From a virus (Duplodnaviria; Caudoviricetes): a stretch of DNA of 36,513 bases. Location: the IMG/VR virus record IMGVR_UViG_3300023174_000377, positions 1-36,513 of that record; one strand, given 5' to 3'. Shown in pieces: positions 35,734 to 36,513 of this stretch; the first letter of the stretch is position 1; every line of letters begins with the position of its first letter. A program made the position numbers and the translations under genes. The notes under the pieces were generated by a model. It searched no databases. It saw nothing but the letters and a program-made list of their open reading frames with translations, and had not been told where the DNA came from.

Positions 35734-36513
35734 AAATTTTGGTTATGACTCGCCTAAAGGCTTATCTCTTGTCGTTGAAAAACACGGTACCCATGACCAA
35801 AAGACTCACGGAAACTGGGCTACAGGTGGCACCGTCTATACATCCATTATTGACCGCCTGGGAAAAAAAGATTTGACTGGATTCAGTCTAGATATTTCTA
35901 GCCGTAGCGAACCTACTAGCGGGTATATGGCTTCCAAGGCTGGCGCTGAAGAAACAGTTCCCTACGATAAGTTCTTCTCAAGCCGTGACGGTAGCCGAAA
36001 GATTCTTTTAGACTATATTGAAAAGAACGCGGATGCCCTTAGCGAGCGCGGAGCCTATTTTGGTATATGGGTTGTAAAAGACCAAGGAACCGTGTACCTT
36101 GATGTTTCTAGGCGTTACGATTCCAGAGGAGAAGCAGTTCGCGCTGGTTTCGAAAATGACCAACAATCTATTTACGATATTGACAATGATGAATATATCT
36201 ACATGAAAGATGAGGAAGATGACCGAACAAGAAAAGCCGTTGATGGTGGAAGTTCCAATCCCCGTCAATCAAATGACTCCAGAGCAAAAGCGAGCCTTCG
36301 CGGAGGAAATTCTCAACGCAATCGAAAAGAATCGCCCCATGTCTGCCTCGGAAGATACCAAGAAGTAGAAAAACACTTAGAGGGTCAGCATGACCAAGCC
36401 ACACATGGCAGTTGGGCATCTGGTCGCTTTGGTGCAGATTCGGTAAAGTCAGCAAGAGACGGCGCTAAAGAATACGCCTTCAAAGCGGGAATCAAGCAAG
36501 ATGATTCTATTGA
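35726..36513 (+). CDS. Tagged multi-module effector 4/5 (partial, runs off the window; absent from the ORF track)
   Basis: Translated by hand: MIENFGYDSPKGLSLVVE-KHGTHDQKTHGNWA-...GIW...VYLDVS...NDQQSIYD...-KHLEGQHDQATHGSWA-...; no stop before the window end. Confidence 0.8.
   Translation, partial: MIENFGYDSPKGLSLVVEKHGTHDQKTHGNWATGGTVYTSIIDRLGKKDLTGFSLDISSRSEPTSGYMASKAGAEETVPYDKFFSSRDGSRKILLDYIEKNADALSERGAYFGIWVVKDQGTVYLDVSRRYDSRGEAVRAGFENDQQSIYDIDNDEYIYMKDEEDDRTRKAVDGGSSNPRQSNDSRAKASLRGGNSQRNRKESPHVCLGRYQEVEKHLEGQHDQATHGSWASGRFGADSVKSARDGAKEYAFKAGIKQDDSI
36219..36368 (+). CDS. Nested out-of-frame small ORF (49 aa)
   Basis: MTEQEKPLMVEVPIPVNQMTPEQKRAFAEEILNAIEKNRPMSASEDTKK; purine-rich upstream sequence; lies over the linker of the 35726 ORF. 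Confidence 0.5.
   Translation: MTEQEKPLMVEVPIPVNQMTPEQKRAFAEEILNAIEKNRPMSASEDTKK

Noticed and set aside
33422-36418. Tag repeats as a CRISPR-like array or DGR template/variable repeats
   Set aside because: They are spaced 590-870 bp apart, in frame and synonymously diverged. No cas or reverse transcriptase gene is present in the window.
1-36513. Integrase, att site or transposon
   Set aside because: No recombinase or transposase motifs were seen, so lifestyle cannot be determined from this window.

Overview
This window is part of a tailed dsDNA phage genome (siphovirus-like). The host is most likely a low-GC actinobacterium, based on two WhiB genes, an actinobacterial-type LexA box and many leaderless genes. 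Gene order: tail chaperone, tape measure and minor tail proteins (1-7.2 kb); lysis (7.3-8.3 kb); recombination and replication (Gam-like, ERF, Rep, HNH, RusA; 8.4-12.5 kb); double-ParB, Gp88-like and terminase genes (12.5-16.5 kb); a ~14 kb accessory/early region (HDAC, proteasome-like Ntn hydrolase, SUEL-lectin Pro-rich protein, metallopeptidase, transglycosylase, WhiBs, SSB, many microproteins); then portal and MuF. Main finding 1: after MuF lies a tandem array of unrelated enzyme domains (DUF3626-like, HExxH peptidase, VIP2-type ADP-ribosyltransferase, unknown), each preceded by the same His-rich tag KHxxH[DN]QxxHGxWA. There are 5 copies and the array runs off the window. Main finding 2: a ~200-nt four-hairpin non-coding element whose terminal loop CCUCUCUC is complementary to the GAGAGAGG ribosome-binding site of at least seven early genes. 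Main finding 3: a repeated AACCCCAGT box in the early promoters. Main finding 4: a near-perfect SOS box. All family assignments come from recognising motifs by eye; no database searches were run.
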